The notes: generated by a model not told the origin, from the sequence alone. Shown: positions 19,533-30,220, numbered from the stretch's first letter. The stretch is DNA of 32,000 bases from a cyanobacterium endosymbiont of Epithemia turgida isolate EtSB Lake Yunoko (GCF_000829235.1 NZ_AP012549.1:180001-212000), one strand, 5' to 3'. A program made the numbers and translations.

Positions 19533-20825
19533 TTATTGACTTATGGCCTGAACGTTGCTTTCTTTAGAGTTCGTTATTTGTTGTTTAAGTACTTCAAACG
19601 CTTTATTAAACTGGGGATCACCAAAACTTCCGATTCGCTCGCGATCTTGTTGAAGAGCTTTGCGTTCGTCGTTGCTCAATTCAAATATAACATCAGGGTC
19701 GATACCTTGTTTATTAATATCTCGACCATTGGGAGTGAGATACTTAGCGATGGTCACAGCTAACCCAGAACCATCTCCTAATCCCCGAACAGATTGCACT
19801 AAACCCTTACCAAAAGTCTGCGTTCCTACAATCATAGCGCGTCTATGATCTTGTAAAGCTCCTGACAAAATTTCACTGGCACTCGCTGAACCACCATCCA
19901 CTAGCACCACTAGGGGTTTATCTGTTAAGGCACGATTACTAGCTCGTTGTTGCTCTTCTTGTCCACCACGGTTAACTGTTGAGACAATTTTTCCTTCATC
20001 AAGCCACATCCGAGCAATTTCAATGCTTGAATATAACAGTCCTCCAGGGTTGGAACGAAGGTCTAAAATATAACCGTTAACCTGTTCGGCTTCTAAATTT
20101 TTAATAGCCTCTCGCATTTCTTGACCAGCTTGACTACTAAATTGAGTCAGACGGATATAGCCAATTAACCCAATAGGAGTTTGTTGAGAACGAGAGCGAA
20201 CAGGGTTTAGCTCTATGCGCGCCCTGACAAGGGAATAATCAGTTTCTTCAGCACTACGACGAATAGTTAAAGTTACTTCACTACCTGGTTTACCCCGAAT
20301 TAACTTAACGGCATCTCCGACATCCATACCCTTAGTAATCTTGCCATTAATTTTTGTAATAACATCTTTAGATAAAATTCCGGCCTTAAATGCCGGAGTA
20401 TTTTCAATTGGGGCAACTACCATCAATTCGTTAGTTTCTTCATCTTTAGTAATTTGAATACCTACTCCAGTTAATTCTCCTGAAGTATCAATTTGCATAT
20501 TCTTGAATTCTTCAGGATCCATAAATCGAGTATATGGATCTTCAAGCCTTTCGAGCATTTCTCTAATCGCCTTATAAGCCTCCTTTTTATCTCCATAAGG
20601 ACGCTTTAAATATTCCTGACGAATAGCTCGCCAATCTACCTGATTAAACGTTACGTCAACATAGGTCCGGTTAATTATCTGCCAGACTTCATCAACTAAT
20701 TCTTTTGGATTATCTTGAAAAAAGGCTTGACTCTGGGAGAAGCGTAGTCCTCCACCTGTGACTGCAACCGCAGTTAGGACAGCCACAGTCGCGCTGAGAA
20801 TTAGTCCGCGTTTTTTATTAACCAT
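19533..20825 (-). CDS. Carboxyl-terminal processing peptidase, S41 family (Ctp)
   Basis: 430-aa ORF with an N-terminal signal/TM, a PDZ-like middle region, and the S41 catalytic context LVDGGSASASEI (Ser) and TFGKGLVQS (Lys). Which of the Ctp paralogs (CtpA, CtpB or CtpC) it is cannot be decided from this window. Confidence 0.85.
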   Translation of the reverse strand: MVNKKRGLILSATVAVLTAVAVTGGGLRFSQSQAFFQDNPKELVDEVWQIINRTYVDVTFNQVDWRAIRQEYLKRPYGDKKEAYKAIREMLERLEDPYTRFMDPEEFKNMQIDTSGELTGVGIQITKDEETNELMVVAPIENTPAFKAGILSKDVITKINGKITKGMDVGDAVKLIRGKPGSEVTLTIRRSAEETDYSLVRARIELNPVRSRSQQTPIGLIGYIRLTQFSSQAGQEMREAIKNLEAEQVNGYILDLRSNPGGLLYSSIEIARMWLDEGKIVSTVNRGGQEEQQRASNRALTDKPLVVLVDGGSASASEILSGALQDHRRAMIVGTQTFGKGLVQSVRGLGDGSGLAVTIAKYLTPNGRDINKQGIDPDVIFELSNDERKALQQDRERIGSFGDPQFNKAFEVLKQQITNSKESNVQAISQ

Positions 20826-21029
20826 AAGCCTAGAATTTATGCAAAGATAAAAGGGTAAAGAGATTTTTACTAACTGAGTGTCAATTGTGATACTTAAACC
20901 TGATAGTCCAACTTGATATATCTTCTACTATTAAGTTGTTTAGTTCATAGGAACATACAGTTGGTTATTTTAAAATTAGAGTACTTTCCTCTAGTTATAA
21001 CATTTTTTTAAAGCAGATACAGGCATCCT

Positions 21030-21809
21030 ATGATGAATAACATGCCCATTGATATGAATTCTTTGAAAAGTAAGCGACAAACTTTACGTGTTCAGCGAAG
21101 ATTCAAGGCATGGCAAAGTGTATGGCGTTTTTTAGCCCTTTTGGGAATGATGGGAGGATTAATTTGGATGCTTAGTTGGCCTCATTGGGTCATCAAAGAT
21201 AAATCACAAATTAAGATTGTAGGAAATCAACTATTGTCTTCAGAGAAAATTCGGCAGCTTCTTAAACTATCTTATCCTCAATCTATCTGGCAACTCCCCC
21301 TTCATGAATTGACCCAACAATTGAAGGCAGAACCCCCATTGAAAGATATTCATCTTACTCGTCAACTTTTTCCAACCCAGATAACTGTTACCGTCAAAGA
21401 ACGACAACCTATTGCTATGGGGACTTCTTCTCAAGGAGATGGCTATCTCGATGCCGCGGGGGTCTGGATTCCTAAGAAGTTCTATAAAAAAGATACGAAA
21501 ATTGAAACAGAACAAGACCTCACGGTCCTCGGTTTTGAGCCTCAGTACCGTTCCTATTGGCTTGAAATATATCACCTAATTCTTCAGTCTCCTATCAACG
21601 TTATGGCAGTAGATTGGCGAGACCCAAGTAATCTGATTTTAAAAACTGAATTGGGAACTGTTTATTTTGGACCTTATGGCAATCGCTTTCGGGAACAATT
21701 GCGGATTTTGGCTAAAATGAGAGAAATTTCCTCGCATATTCCTCCAAACCGGGGTTTTTACTTAGATGTGACCAATCCTCGGTCTCCTTCAGTTCGTCTA
21801 GTGCCTTAG
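21030..21809 (+). CDS. ftsQ: Cell division protein FtsQ (DivIB), POTRA-containing
   Basis: 259-aa bitopic ORF with a basic N-terminus, one TM (FLALLGMMGGLIWMLSW) and a POTRA-like segment. It sits immediately upstream of ftsZ, as in other cyanobacteria. Confidence 0.8.
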   Translation: MMNNMPIDMNSLKSKRQTLRVQRRFKAWQSVWRFLALLGMMGGLIWMLSWPHWVIKDKSQIKIVGNQLLSSEKIRQLLKLSYPQSIWQLPLHELTQQLKAEPPLKDIHLTRQLFPTQITVTVKERQPIAMGTSSQGDGYLDAAGVWIPKKFYKKDTKIETEQDLTVLGFEPQYRSYWLEIYHLILQSPINVMAVDWRDPSNLILKTELGTVYFGPYGNRFREQLRILAKMREISSHIPPNRGFYLDVTNPRSPSVRLVP

Positions 21810-22126
21810 TATAAATTTGCTGCATTAATTACGTTAATTTTGAACTATTTATTTACTATTTTAAACTGTATTATTAAAGATTTCTCACTTGACTTTTAAC
21901 AAAAACAATTATGCTTGTAGTATATAAGGGTTGAAAACTTCAGATTTTTAGGATATGAGATAGTATAAATTTACGTGATATAGTAAGTTTTATATTACAT
22001 ATAGGTGAATATTCAATTTATTATATATGTATACTAAATTATAATCTAATTAGCTATATTTGATAGTAATTAAACATACTGTTGTTTAATGATTTTTAAT
22101 TATTCCTAATTACCCATTAATATAAA

Positions 22127-23386
22127 ATGGATTCTCGTAAAAAATTAATGTCTAACAATTCGAGTTTCAGTGACACTAAATCTTCCGAAATGTCCAATAC
22201 AGTAGACGATTGTGGTATTCATAATAATAATCTGTTCTTGTCTCAATTGAACGATCCTTCAGAATCCCTTATAGAAGACATCAGGAGCAACAGAATAGTG
22301 CCAAATAATGTGGCTAAAATAAAGGTCATTGGCGTTGGTGGTGGCGGATGTAATGCGGTTAACCGTATGGTTGAAAGTTCCTTGACTGGAATTGAGTTTT
22401 GGGCTATCAACACTGATGCTCAAGCTCTTTCTCAATCAGCAGCACCTCAACGTTTACAAATCGGACAAAAATTGACTAGAGGTCTAGGAGCTGGTGGAAA
22501 TCCATCTATTGGGACTCAAGCTGCTGAAGAGTCTAGAGACGAAATCGCTCACGCTTTAGAAAATACCGACCTTGCTTTTATTACAGCTGGTATGGGTGGG
22601 GGAACTGGCACAGGAGCAGCTCCTATCGTTGCCGAGGTAGCAAAAGAAATGGGCTGTCTAACGGTAGGGGTTGTCACCCGTCCTTTTACCTTTGAAGGAC
22701 GACGGCGTACTACTCAGGCAGCCGAAGGAGTCAATAATCTGCAAAATAACGTTGATACTCTCATTGTTATTCCTAATAACCAGTTACTACAAGTCATTCC
22801 TCCAGACACTCCTTTGCAAGAAGCATTTCTGACAGCCGATAATATTCTGCGACAGGGGGTACAAGGGATTTCGGATATTATTACAATTCCTGGTTTAGTT
22901 AATGTAGACTTCGCGGATGTTAGGGCAGTGATGGCTGACGCAGGATCAGCATTAATGGGACTAGGAACTGGTTCAGGGAAATCTCGTGCTAATGATGCGG
23001 CAGTACAGGCAATTTCTTCTCCTCTATTGGAACATTCGATTAAGGGAGCTAAAGGAGTTGTCTTTAATATTACTGGAGGCAGTGATCTCACCCTTCATGA
23101 AGTAACAACAGCTGCTGAAACTATTTTTGAGGTAGTTGATCCCGAGGCCAATATTATCTTTGGAGCGGTTATTGATTCAGTGTTACAAGGAGAAGTAATA
23201 ATTACAGTCATTGCGACAGGTTTTAGTGGAGAATCTGACAATATAGCTTCAAAAACAGTAAAGAGTACTTCTGTGCGAAGAGTAAGCAACACTACAACTA
23301 CCAAAGTTCTTGAGTCAGAATCTCCTAAACCCACAGGGTTAGATATTCCAGACTTTCTTCAACAACGTCGTTTTCCAAAACACTAG
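22127..23386 (+). CDS. ftsZ: Cell division GTPase FtsZ
   Basis: [13 protein letters not shown], the tubulin signature [17 protein letters not shown], and the C-terminal conserved peptide [11 protein letters not shown]. Confidence 0.97.
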   Translation: MDSRKKLMSNNSSFSDTKSSEMSNTVDDCGIHNNNLFLSQLNDPSESLIEDIRSNRIVPNNVAKIKVIGVGGGGCNAVNRMVESSLTGIEFWAINTDAQALSQSAAPQRLQIGQKLTRGLGAGGNPSIGTQAAEESRDEIAHALENTDLAFITAGMGGGTGTGAAPIVAEVAKEMGCLTVGVVTRPFTFEGRRRTTQAAEGVNNLQNNVDTLIVIPNNQLLQVIPPDTPLQEAFLTADNILRQGVQGISDIITIPGLVNVDFADVRAVMADAGSALMGLGTGSGKSRANDAAVQAISSPLLEHSIKGAKGVVFNITGGSDLTLHEVTTAAETIFEVVDPEANIIFGAVIDSVLQGEVIITVIATGFSGESDNIASKTVKSTSVRRVSNTTTTKVLESESPKPTGLDIPDFLQQRRFPKH

Positions 23387-25077
23387 TTGATTAATAAGTA
23401 TACTCGAAATAATTTTTATTAAAATCAATCTTATGAATAAGAGACTTTTTAAAATTTTGGTTTTCCTCATAACTTGATTTGAATAAAACATTAATCTAAG
23501 TATTTTTTGTTCAAGAAACTTACTACTATTACTAATCATTTGGTGTTAATTTTCTTTACTTTGATGCGTATTAAGCTCGTTTCAGAAGAAACCGCAAAGT
23601 AAATTCATGATAAATTAAAGTTTATAAAAAAATAAGTTTATATATTTATAAATTTTGTCAATCTTCAACTATAAAGTTTGTTTACTTAGTATTCTATAGG
23701 TTGATTTCACATCATATAGTTGGATACGGTTAAAAATTTTTTTGATAAAGAGAAAACATAAAATATATAATTATATTAATCTAAAATAAATAATAGTATT
23801 AAGTTGTCCAAATAGGAATATTCTGAAGTCCAGAGATATATAGGGTTTTATTTTAATTGGCTTCGATCTAAATAAAAGTTAATCAAAACCTATATATCTA
23901 TATTAACTTTTTTAAGTTACAATATACGTAGAAAGTATTTTTTATTCAAAACCCTCTTGTTTTCTATAATGTGTTTTAAACTCTGATAAGAGTATCTAAA
24001 CTTTTTTAAAGTAATACCATTCTCGTTAAGTTTAATTTTTTTTTCTAGCTAATGAGCAACTCTCGGCCCTGTATATATTTGCTAATATACTGATATATAT
24101 TTTAATATATGAGCTAATTATTAAATAATTTGATTGGTTAACAAGGTTTTTTCTTCTTTATTTTAAATTCTTATTATTAATATTTTTGTCTATCTCTTCT
24201 TTTAATTTACTAAATTTTTTTGTATTTTTTTACTATAATCATAATCTATTACTACAGTGAATAAAATATTTTTGGGATTCCTTTCTAAAAAATTTTTAGA
24301 AGAAAGTGTTATCTTTTCAATTAGACGAAATTTTAACTTCCCATGTATTTATATTTTATTTTAAACAAACTAAAATATGAAGCTAAATAAAATTTTTTAA
24401 CAATTTTTTGTATAAATCATTTCTTTCTTACTAAGAGTTAATGTTTTTATGATTAAATTGAGTAAAATTTAGTATTTACATAATTTTTTTTGATAATTAT
24501 ATTGTTATATATATAAGTTATATAAATAAACCTATTACTATCTTATTTAAGATATCAAGACCGGGAATGGTAATTTATCTAAATTGAGAGTCTCATTTAT
24601 TAAACTAAATCGAGTATTTGATACTATAGGTATAAATTAAATTAAAATATTGCAGATATGATAACATCATATACATTAAAAATATGTATTTTAACAACTA
24701 TATTATTGATAATAAAATTATGTGTATATATAAATATGTATATTAAGTATATCTAGAGAACTTAAAGTTTTAAAAATCTAAAATAGTGTAGTATTATTTT
24801 ACATATTTTACTACTTAAATAATATTAGTTCACAGAATAGTTTCTAAAGTAATTATGTAGAATAAATAAACTTTCAGTCACAGAATGATAGTTTTAATCT
24901 CATTTTTTATTTATTAGGTTATTTTAGGTTAAAGTTAATAAAGACTAAAAATTTTATTTCTAATTAAGATAGAGTGTAAATATAATTATTTTTGCAATTT
25001 GATTAGGTTTTTAGATTAAATTATTAAAGTTCAAATTTAGTTTTTAGTTATTATAATATCTATCGATAATTTTATTT

Positions 25078-25107
25078 ATATTAGATTTTATATATAAAAT
25101 CTAATAT
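25078..25107. repeat. 30-bp perfect palindrome
   Basis: atattagattttata|tataaaatctaatat equals its own reverse complement. It lies in the 2.4-kb AT-rich spacer. Confidence 0.9.
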
Positions 25108-25416
25108 CTATCTATTAATTTTTTATATATAAATAGAAATATAAAAAAATATTGTAATTTATACTTATAAATATATTTTTTTATCAGAAAATTATATACT
25201 TTACTATGTTTGTTTATTAACTTTTGATAAAAAATAGTAGCAATATTTATATTCAAAACTAATTTAAAATATCTAATTTACGCAATTTTAAATCTAAATT
25301 AAAACTAAAATATAAACTACCTAAATTAGTATTTAGGTAACAACTTATAACTATAATATACCTATTAATAGAGACTATTATATTAATAAATTACAACAAG
25401 ATTTACATAAAATTTT

Positions 25417-25450
25417 ACTTTATAAAACTATTTTTATAGTTTTATAAAGT
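25417..25450. repeat. Perfect hairpin: 15-bp stem, 4-nt loop
   Basis: actttataaaactat (25417-25431) is the exact reverse complement of atagttttataaagt (25436-25450). The loop is tttt. It lies about 320 nt upstream of rsmB. Confidence 0.9.
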
Positions 25451-25767
25451 CTCAATAAAGTTAATACACGATCAAATTTTTTTATTTTTAATAAAAATAA
25501 ATTTAATATAAAATAAATAAAAAAATAATATCAATAATTATATATTAATAGCAGTATTTATTGAAGTATGATACTTCGAACAAAAAATATTATTTCAATA
25601 TTTATCGAAGTATTTTATACTATTTTTATGAATTGCTATATAAAAAGTTTTTATATTAAATATTTAGGAATATTTTACTCATAAATTAATTATTTACTAG
25701 TCAACATTGAGCCAGTTTATGTTAGCTTAGATAGTCTACTCAATAAAAAAATGGTTTTGTAAAAACT

Positions 25768-27129
25768 ATGAAAATTTCAGCTGAAGGAAACACAAATTCT
25801 CGCCAATTAGCTCTAGTAATTCTTAAAGAAATTGAACAACGGGGAGCTTATGCTGACATTGCCCTTAACCACGCTTTGAACCAAACTAATTTCAATCTAA
25901 ATGATCGCGCTTTGGTCACGGAATTGGTCTACGGCATTGTCCGACGACGGCGTACTTTAGATACTTTAATTAATCAACTAGGCAAAAGATCTGCTCATCA
26001 ACAACCCCCAAATCTTCGTTTAATACTACATCTTGGACTCTATCAATTGCGCTATCTTAATCATATTCCCTTATCAGCAGCCGTTAACACCAGTGTTGAT
26101 CTAGCCAAAGAAAACCAATTACTTCCCCTTTCAGCGGTAGTTAATGGTATCCTGCGTCACTATATCCGTTTGAGTGAGACTAAAATTGATCCTCTAATCT
26201 TACCTGATCACCCTGTTGAAAAATTAGGTGTTCTCTATAGTTTTCCTAATGAAATTATCGAACTTTGGTTGCAGCAATTCGGGGAAAATACTACCGCCCA
26301 ACTATGTGAATGGTTTAACCAATCTCCTCATCTTGATTTACGGATCAATCCTTTGACAACTACTCTAGAAACTGTTAAAGCACATTTGAAGCAAGCTAAC
26401 ATTAATGTGATGGGTCTAGAAAATATTTGTCAAGGATTAAGACTAATTGGTAAAACTGGAGATATTAAAAAATTACCAGGGTTTAAAGAAGGGTGGTGGA
26501 CTGTACAAGACAGCAGTGCGCAATTAGTAACTCATTTACTTGATCCTCAACCTTCAGAAGTAATTATTGATGCTTGTGCTGCCCCTGGCGGAAAAACTAC
26601 CCATATTGCTGAATTAATGCAAGATAAAGGGATAATTTTTGCTTGTGATCGCACTTCATCAAGATTAAATAAACTACAAGCCAATGCCCAACGATTACAC
26701 CTAAAATCCATTAAAATCGTCACAGGAGATAGCCGTCAATTCAACCAATTCACTGCGATGGCTGATCGAGTTTTATTAGACGCTCCCTGTTCAGGACTAG
26801 GAACCTTGCATCGACATCCTGACATTCGTTGGCGACATAGTCCTGAAAAGGTCCGACAGCTATCGAAATTACAGCAAGAGTTATTAGAGAAAACGGCAAC
26901 CTGGGTAAAACCTCAGGGAGTTTTAGTGTATGCTACTTGTACCCTTAATTGTTTAGAAAATGAATTAATTATTAAACAGTTTCTTGATACCCATACGAAT
27001 TGGTACATCGAAGCACCATTAGCTCATTCGCCCTTGTGTAATTGGGTAACTTCATCAGGATGGATAAAAATTTTGCCCCATCAACATCAAATGGATGGCT
27101 TTTTTCTGGTGAAGTTAAAGAAAGGTTAA
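25768..27129 (+). CDS. rsmB: 16S rRNA (cytosine-C5) methyltransferase RsmB (Sun)
   Basis: 453-aa ORF with an N-terminal NusB-like domain, the SAM motif DACAAPGGKT, and catalytic Cys motifs DAPCSGLGT and YATCTL. Confidence 0.88.
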   Translation: MKISAEGNTNSRQLALVILKEIEQRGAYADIALNHALNQTNFNLNDRALVTELVYGIVRRRRTLDTLINQLGKRSAHQQPPNLRLILHLGLYQLRYLNHIPLSAAVNTSVDLAKENQLLPLSAVVNGILRHYIRLSETKIDPLILPDHPVEKLGVLYSFPNEIIELWLQQFGENTTAQLCEWFNQSPHLDLRINPLTTTLETVKAHLKQANINVMGLENICQGLRLIGKTGDIKKLPGFKEGWWTVQDSSAQLVTHLLDPQPSEVIIDACAAPGGKTTHIAELMQDKGIIFACDRTSSRLNKLQANAQRLHLKSIKIVTGDSRQFNQFTAMADRVLLDAPCSGLGTLHRHPDIRWRHSPEKVRQLSKLQQELLEKTATWVKPQGVLVYATCTLNCLENELIIKQFLDTHTNWYIEAPLAHSPLCNWVTSSGWIKILPHQHQMDGFFLVKLKKG

Positions 27130-27200
27130 TAGAACCTCCATGTGTTTGTTAAGTCCTTCATTATAGAAATAGGAAAAATTAGAAATAATTGAAATTAACC

Positions 27201-27614
27201 ATGAAAAGTGTTCATAAAAAGAAACAACTCCTCAAGATTTTAATTGGTGCTGCTTGGATTGACGGATTAATCCAGAAAGAAGAACGAAATTATTTGAATA
27301 AGATGATAGCTGCTCAGGGTCTTGCCGATGATCAAGAGATTGCTACTCTTTTCTCTGAACTTAAGCCAGTTCAACCTAGTCAGTGTTATCAATGGTTAGA
27401 AGAATATTTAGGAGTTAATCCTACTACTAAAGATTATCAAAAGCTACTTGAGTCTATTAGTGGTTTAATTTACAGTGATGGTGATGTGCAGATGCAAGAA
27501 GCCCAATTGTTGACTAAATTACAATTGCTTAATCCGTCTCAGGATTCTTATAAATCTTCTTTTGAGAAGATATTAAAAATTGTTCAAAAATTATATAAAA
27601 AGGCTATTAGCTAA
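27201..27614 (+). CDS. Small TerB/DjlA-N-like domain protein (function unknown)
   Basis: 137-aa ORF from the ATG at 27201; the track's TTG at 27189 adds 4 codons. The segment KILIGAAWIDGLIQKEERNYL and a second YSDGDVQMQEAQLL repeat resemble the TerB-type fold, but this is a weak assignment made from memory of the family pattern. Confidence 0.4.
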   Translation: MKSVHKKKQLLKILIGAAWIDGLIQKEERNYLNKMIAAQGLADDQEIATLFSELKPVQPSQCYQWLEEYLGVNPTTKDYQKLLESISGLIYSDGDVQMQEAQLLTKLQLLNPSQDSYKSSFEKILKIVQKLYKKAIS

Positions 27615-27915
27615 GAAATAATCAAGAGCAAAAACTATCGATCAATAATTTTATTGCCGATCATTAAATTAATTTATTGGCCATTAAAATAACAACCGCA
27701 GTCTATTCATTTTCATAAAGCCCTATTTGTGGATACGATGAGGTTAACAACTACACCCAATGATAACTGTTAATATTTAAGACTATAGTTGTTATTTAAA
27801 AACAATAATAAGTAAAGCCAATTTATCTTTTGTACTCTCTCTTGATTTCTAGACATAAAGATAAATTTTCTGTAGACGATTAGTCGAAAAATGAGTTAAT
27901 AAATATAGTTTTAAG

Positions 27916-27956
27916 CACTTAGATTGATCAAATGTTTAATTTGATCAATCTAAGTG
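27916..27956. repeat. Perfect hairpin: 17-bp stem, 7-nt loop
   Basis: cacttagattgatcaaa (27916-27932) is the exact reverse complement of tttgatcaatctaagtg (27940-27956). Two more pairs follow beyond a 1-nt bulge. It lies about 300 nt downstream of the TerB-like gene. Confidence 0.9.
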
Positions 27957-28638
27957 TTTGAGTTAATCGTTAATTATTTTAATACAAAAATATTGACGAA
28001 GTAAAATTTTATCAATTAGTTTGACTGACTTTTACTTCATCTTCTATTGAAGATAAGTAATTTCTTATATTTTTTGTTGATAGAGGTTTTTAAAAAGTCA
28101 TTGAATAATAAATTTTTAATCTTTAGAGAATTTGCTAACTCAATTGCTGCATCAACTAAAAAACAATTTTATGATTGTCTATATTCTCTGGGGTTAACTT
28201 AAAAAACAAACAATTCACTACAATTGTTTATAACTAAATTTATTTTAAATTCTTAACACCATTATACAAGATTTTAGATACATCGAATCTAAGTCTTTAT
28301 AAACTCGGTGCGCTCTACTACAAAACTGATGAAAAATCTCTATATAAATAAAAACAATAAAACTAATTTGTGTAATTTATTTTTGCCTAGGAAATAAGCT
28401 TCATAAAATGATTGCCGCTGACTAGATTAGGAGATATTTTTCACATTTGTAATATGTTAAATTGTTCAAAAGTCCGATATTTTAACGCATAAAAAGCAAT
28501 TACAATAAGTAAAACTTTACCTATTTAAAAATAAAAATGTTGTTTATATTTTATAATGAATATTATTAATTTTTAAAATATAAACAATGTTGCCGTAATT
28601 TTTGAGATAAGTACTCTGACTTACAAAATACTTCGGTA

Positions 28639-29188
28639 CGATATAATACTTTAGATCTAAAGTACTATATAGATAGTTATTTTCTTTTATTAGCAAAATA
28701 TGGTGTCGTATAAAAATTTTAGAAGATAAACTGTTTGTACGACTACAAAAAAATTATCTCGAAAAAATTTATGCTATGCAATGAGAATTATTACCCTTAT
28801 GGAGGACAAATTATCCTCCATAAGGGTAATAATTAAATTTTATTAATAAAAGAAGAGCTCTTTAATTTAACCTAAGATAAAAATATACTTCCTAAACTGT
28901 TATAATCACGTTATTCAACTGTTCGATATTTTGGAGACTTATTAAAAACTTACCTAAAGTTTAATGAATATTTATTTATCCTCTATAAATAATAGAATGA
29001 ACGAAATCATGTAAGTCTTAACAGGTATCCCTACTATTTTTATTACTCTAACTTTTATTGTAGGAATTTATAATATGAATTTTGAATATATACCATAATT
29101 TTATTGGTGTTAAAATTATATTACTGGTCTAGGTTTAATAGCAACTGTTACGACAAGTTTATTATTTTACTTTTCCCTACGGGGATAG
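28639..29188 (+). pseudogene. corA: corA (Mg2+/Co2+ channel) pseudogene, C-terminal two thirds recognisable
   Basis: Conceptual translation of 28871-29188: IYFLNCYNHVIQLFDILETY*KLT*SLMNIYLSSINNRMNEIM*VLTGIPTIFITLTFIVGIYNMNFEYIP*FYWC*NYITGLGLIATVTTSLLFYFSLRG*. This follows the CorA C-terminal pattern (YxxDVYDH..., DVYLSS, N-E-x-M-K-x-LT, IFxPLTFIxGIYGMNF, MPE, TM2, basic tail). In a different frame, 28669-28704 reads IDSYFLLLAKYG, corresponding to the (V/I)DxYF block. The 5' limit is unresolved and may reach about 28130. Confidence 0.8.
28786..28834. repeat. Perfect hairpin: 21-bp stem, 7-nt loop, inside the corA relic
   Basis: aattattacccttatggagga (28786-28806) is the exact reverse complement of tcctccataagggtaataatt (28814-28834). 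The loop is caaatta. Confidence 0.95.
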
Positions 29189-30220
29189 TTTTATTAATTT
29201 TATAGTCTTAACAAAACCCTAAATTAATTAATAGCAATAACCAATTAAGTAGATAAAATCATTACAGTTATATTTCTTTGCCAAATATTAGTACTTTCTT
29301 AAAATTTTCAGATAATACTAAGTTAGACAAACCCAAAGAAATCTCAAATAGAAAAGTAGCTACTAAAGTAAAAACATTATATAATTGTATTATTATAAGA
29401 AATTTAACAAGCATAATCAAAAGAGCAAAAAATATTAAAATTAACTAGTAATCTATAAATTAATACCATAACAATAACAAAAGCAGAAATCTTATATTTA
29501 AGTATTCTAGAATAGAAAATCAGAAAAATTGTAGGCAAAATAAAATATTTAAAATATATATTTATAAAAATAATTTATAGATAGATTATCTAGAAAAGAG
29601 AAGCATTATAGAAGTTTTTGATAAGGTTTTAAAACTAACTTTTAAATAAATAAAAATTTTAATAATACTCTTAGACAAAGGTAAAAATATTTTAAATAAT
29701 TAAAGACAATCTAAATTTTCTTAAAAAAGATAAATAAAAATTAATTTTTTTTAAACTTTTAAAATATACTATAAACGGAAAAACATAGAAGATGGCACAA
29801 ATGGCACAATAATCATCTATTTTTTTAAAAAAAGAAATTAATATTGTAATTTCATTAAAATAAATCTGTCTATACTGAATGTATTAATTAAAACTATATC
29901 GGAACAATAATAAAATAAAAAAAAGATACCCTCTGTTTTGTATGATAAATCATAGTTTTATATTAAACACCATGAAAAATGGTATCAAATAAAAGTTTAT
30001 AAAACTGTAGGAAGGATATTTAAAAATAAATATTATTTAGCTAGGTCAGCTAAATAAAATCCTGCTTAAAAAAAGTTACCCTAAAAAATATAAATTAGAG
30101 CAATAGAAATTTAGCTCTATCTTAAAAAAGATAGAAATATAAAATTATTGAAGTTTTGAACGTTTACTTAAAGCTACTTACTTGTCTACTTAGAACACAA
30201 ACTTTCCGAGCAAAAAACAG

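Noticed and set aside
19518-19848. Two plus-strand ORFs (81 and 62 aa)
   Set aside because: Both lie antisense (the 81-aa ORF all but its first 15 nt) to the well-supported S41 peptidase CDS. They are shadow ORFs.
21267-21575. 102-aa minus-strand ORF
   Set aside because: It lies antisense within ftsQ and has no recognisable motifs.
22714-23334. Two minus-strand ORFs (125 and 79 aa)
   Set aside because: They lie antisense within ftsZ and are typical shadow ORFs of a relatively GC-rich, highly conserved gene.
23339-23539. 66-aa minus-strand ORF overlapping the ftsZ 3' end
   Set aside because: It is a low-complexity Ile/Leu/Lys-rich translation of AT-rich DNA, overlaps ftsZ, and has no start context or motifs.
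23834-23899. Imperfect inverted repeat agatatatagg ... cctatatatct with a ~44-nt spacer
   Set aside because: It has only 11-bp arms of very low complexity (TA-rich), within the range expected by chance here. It is noted only in the context of the spacer.
29792-29809. Tandem 9-bp duplication atggcacaa atggcacaa
   Set aside because: It is a single two-unit slippage event in a spacer and is not part of an array or larger repeat.
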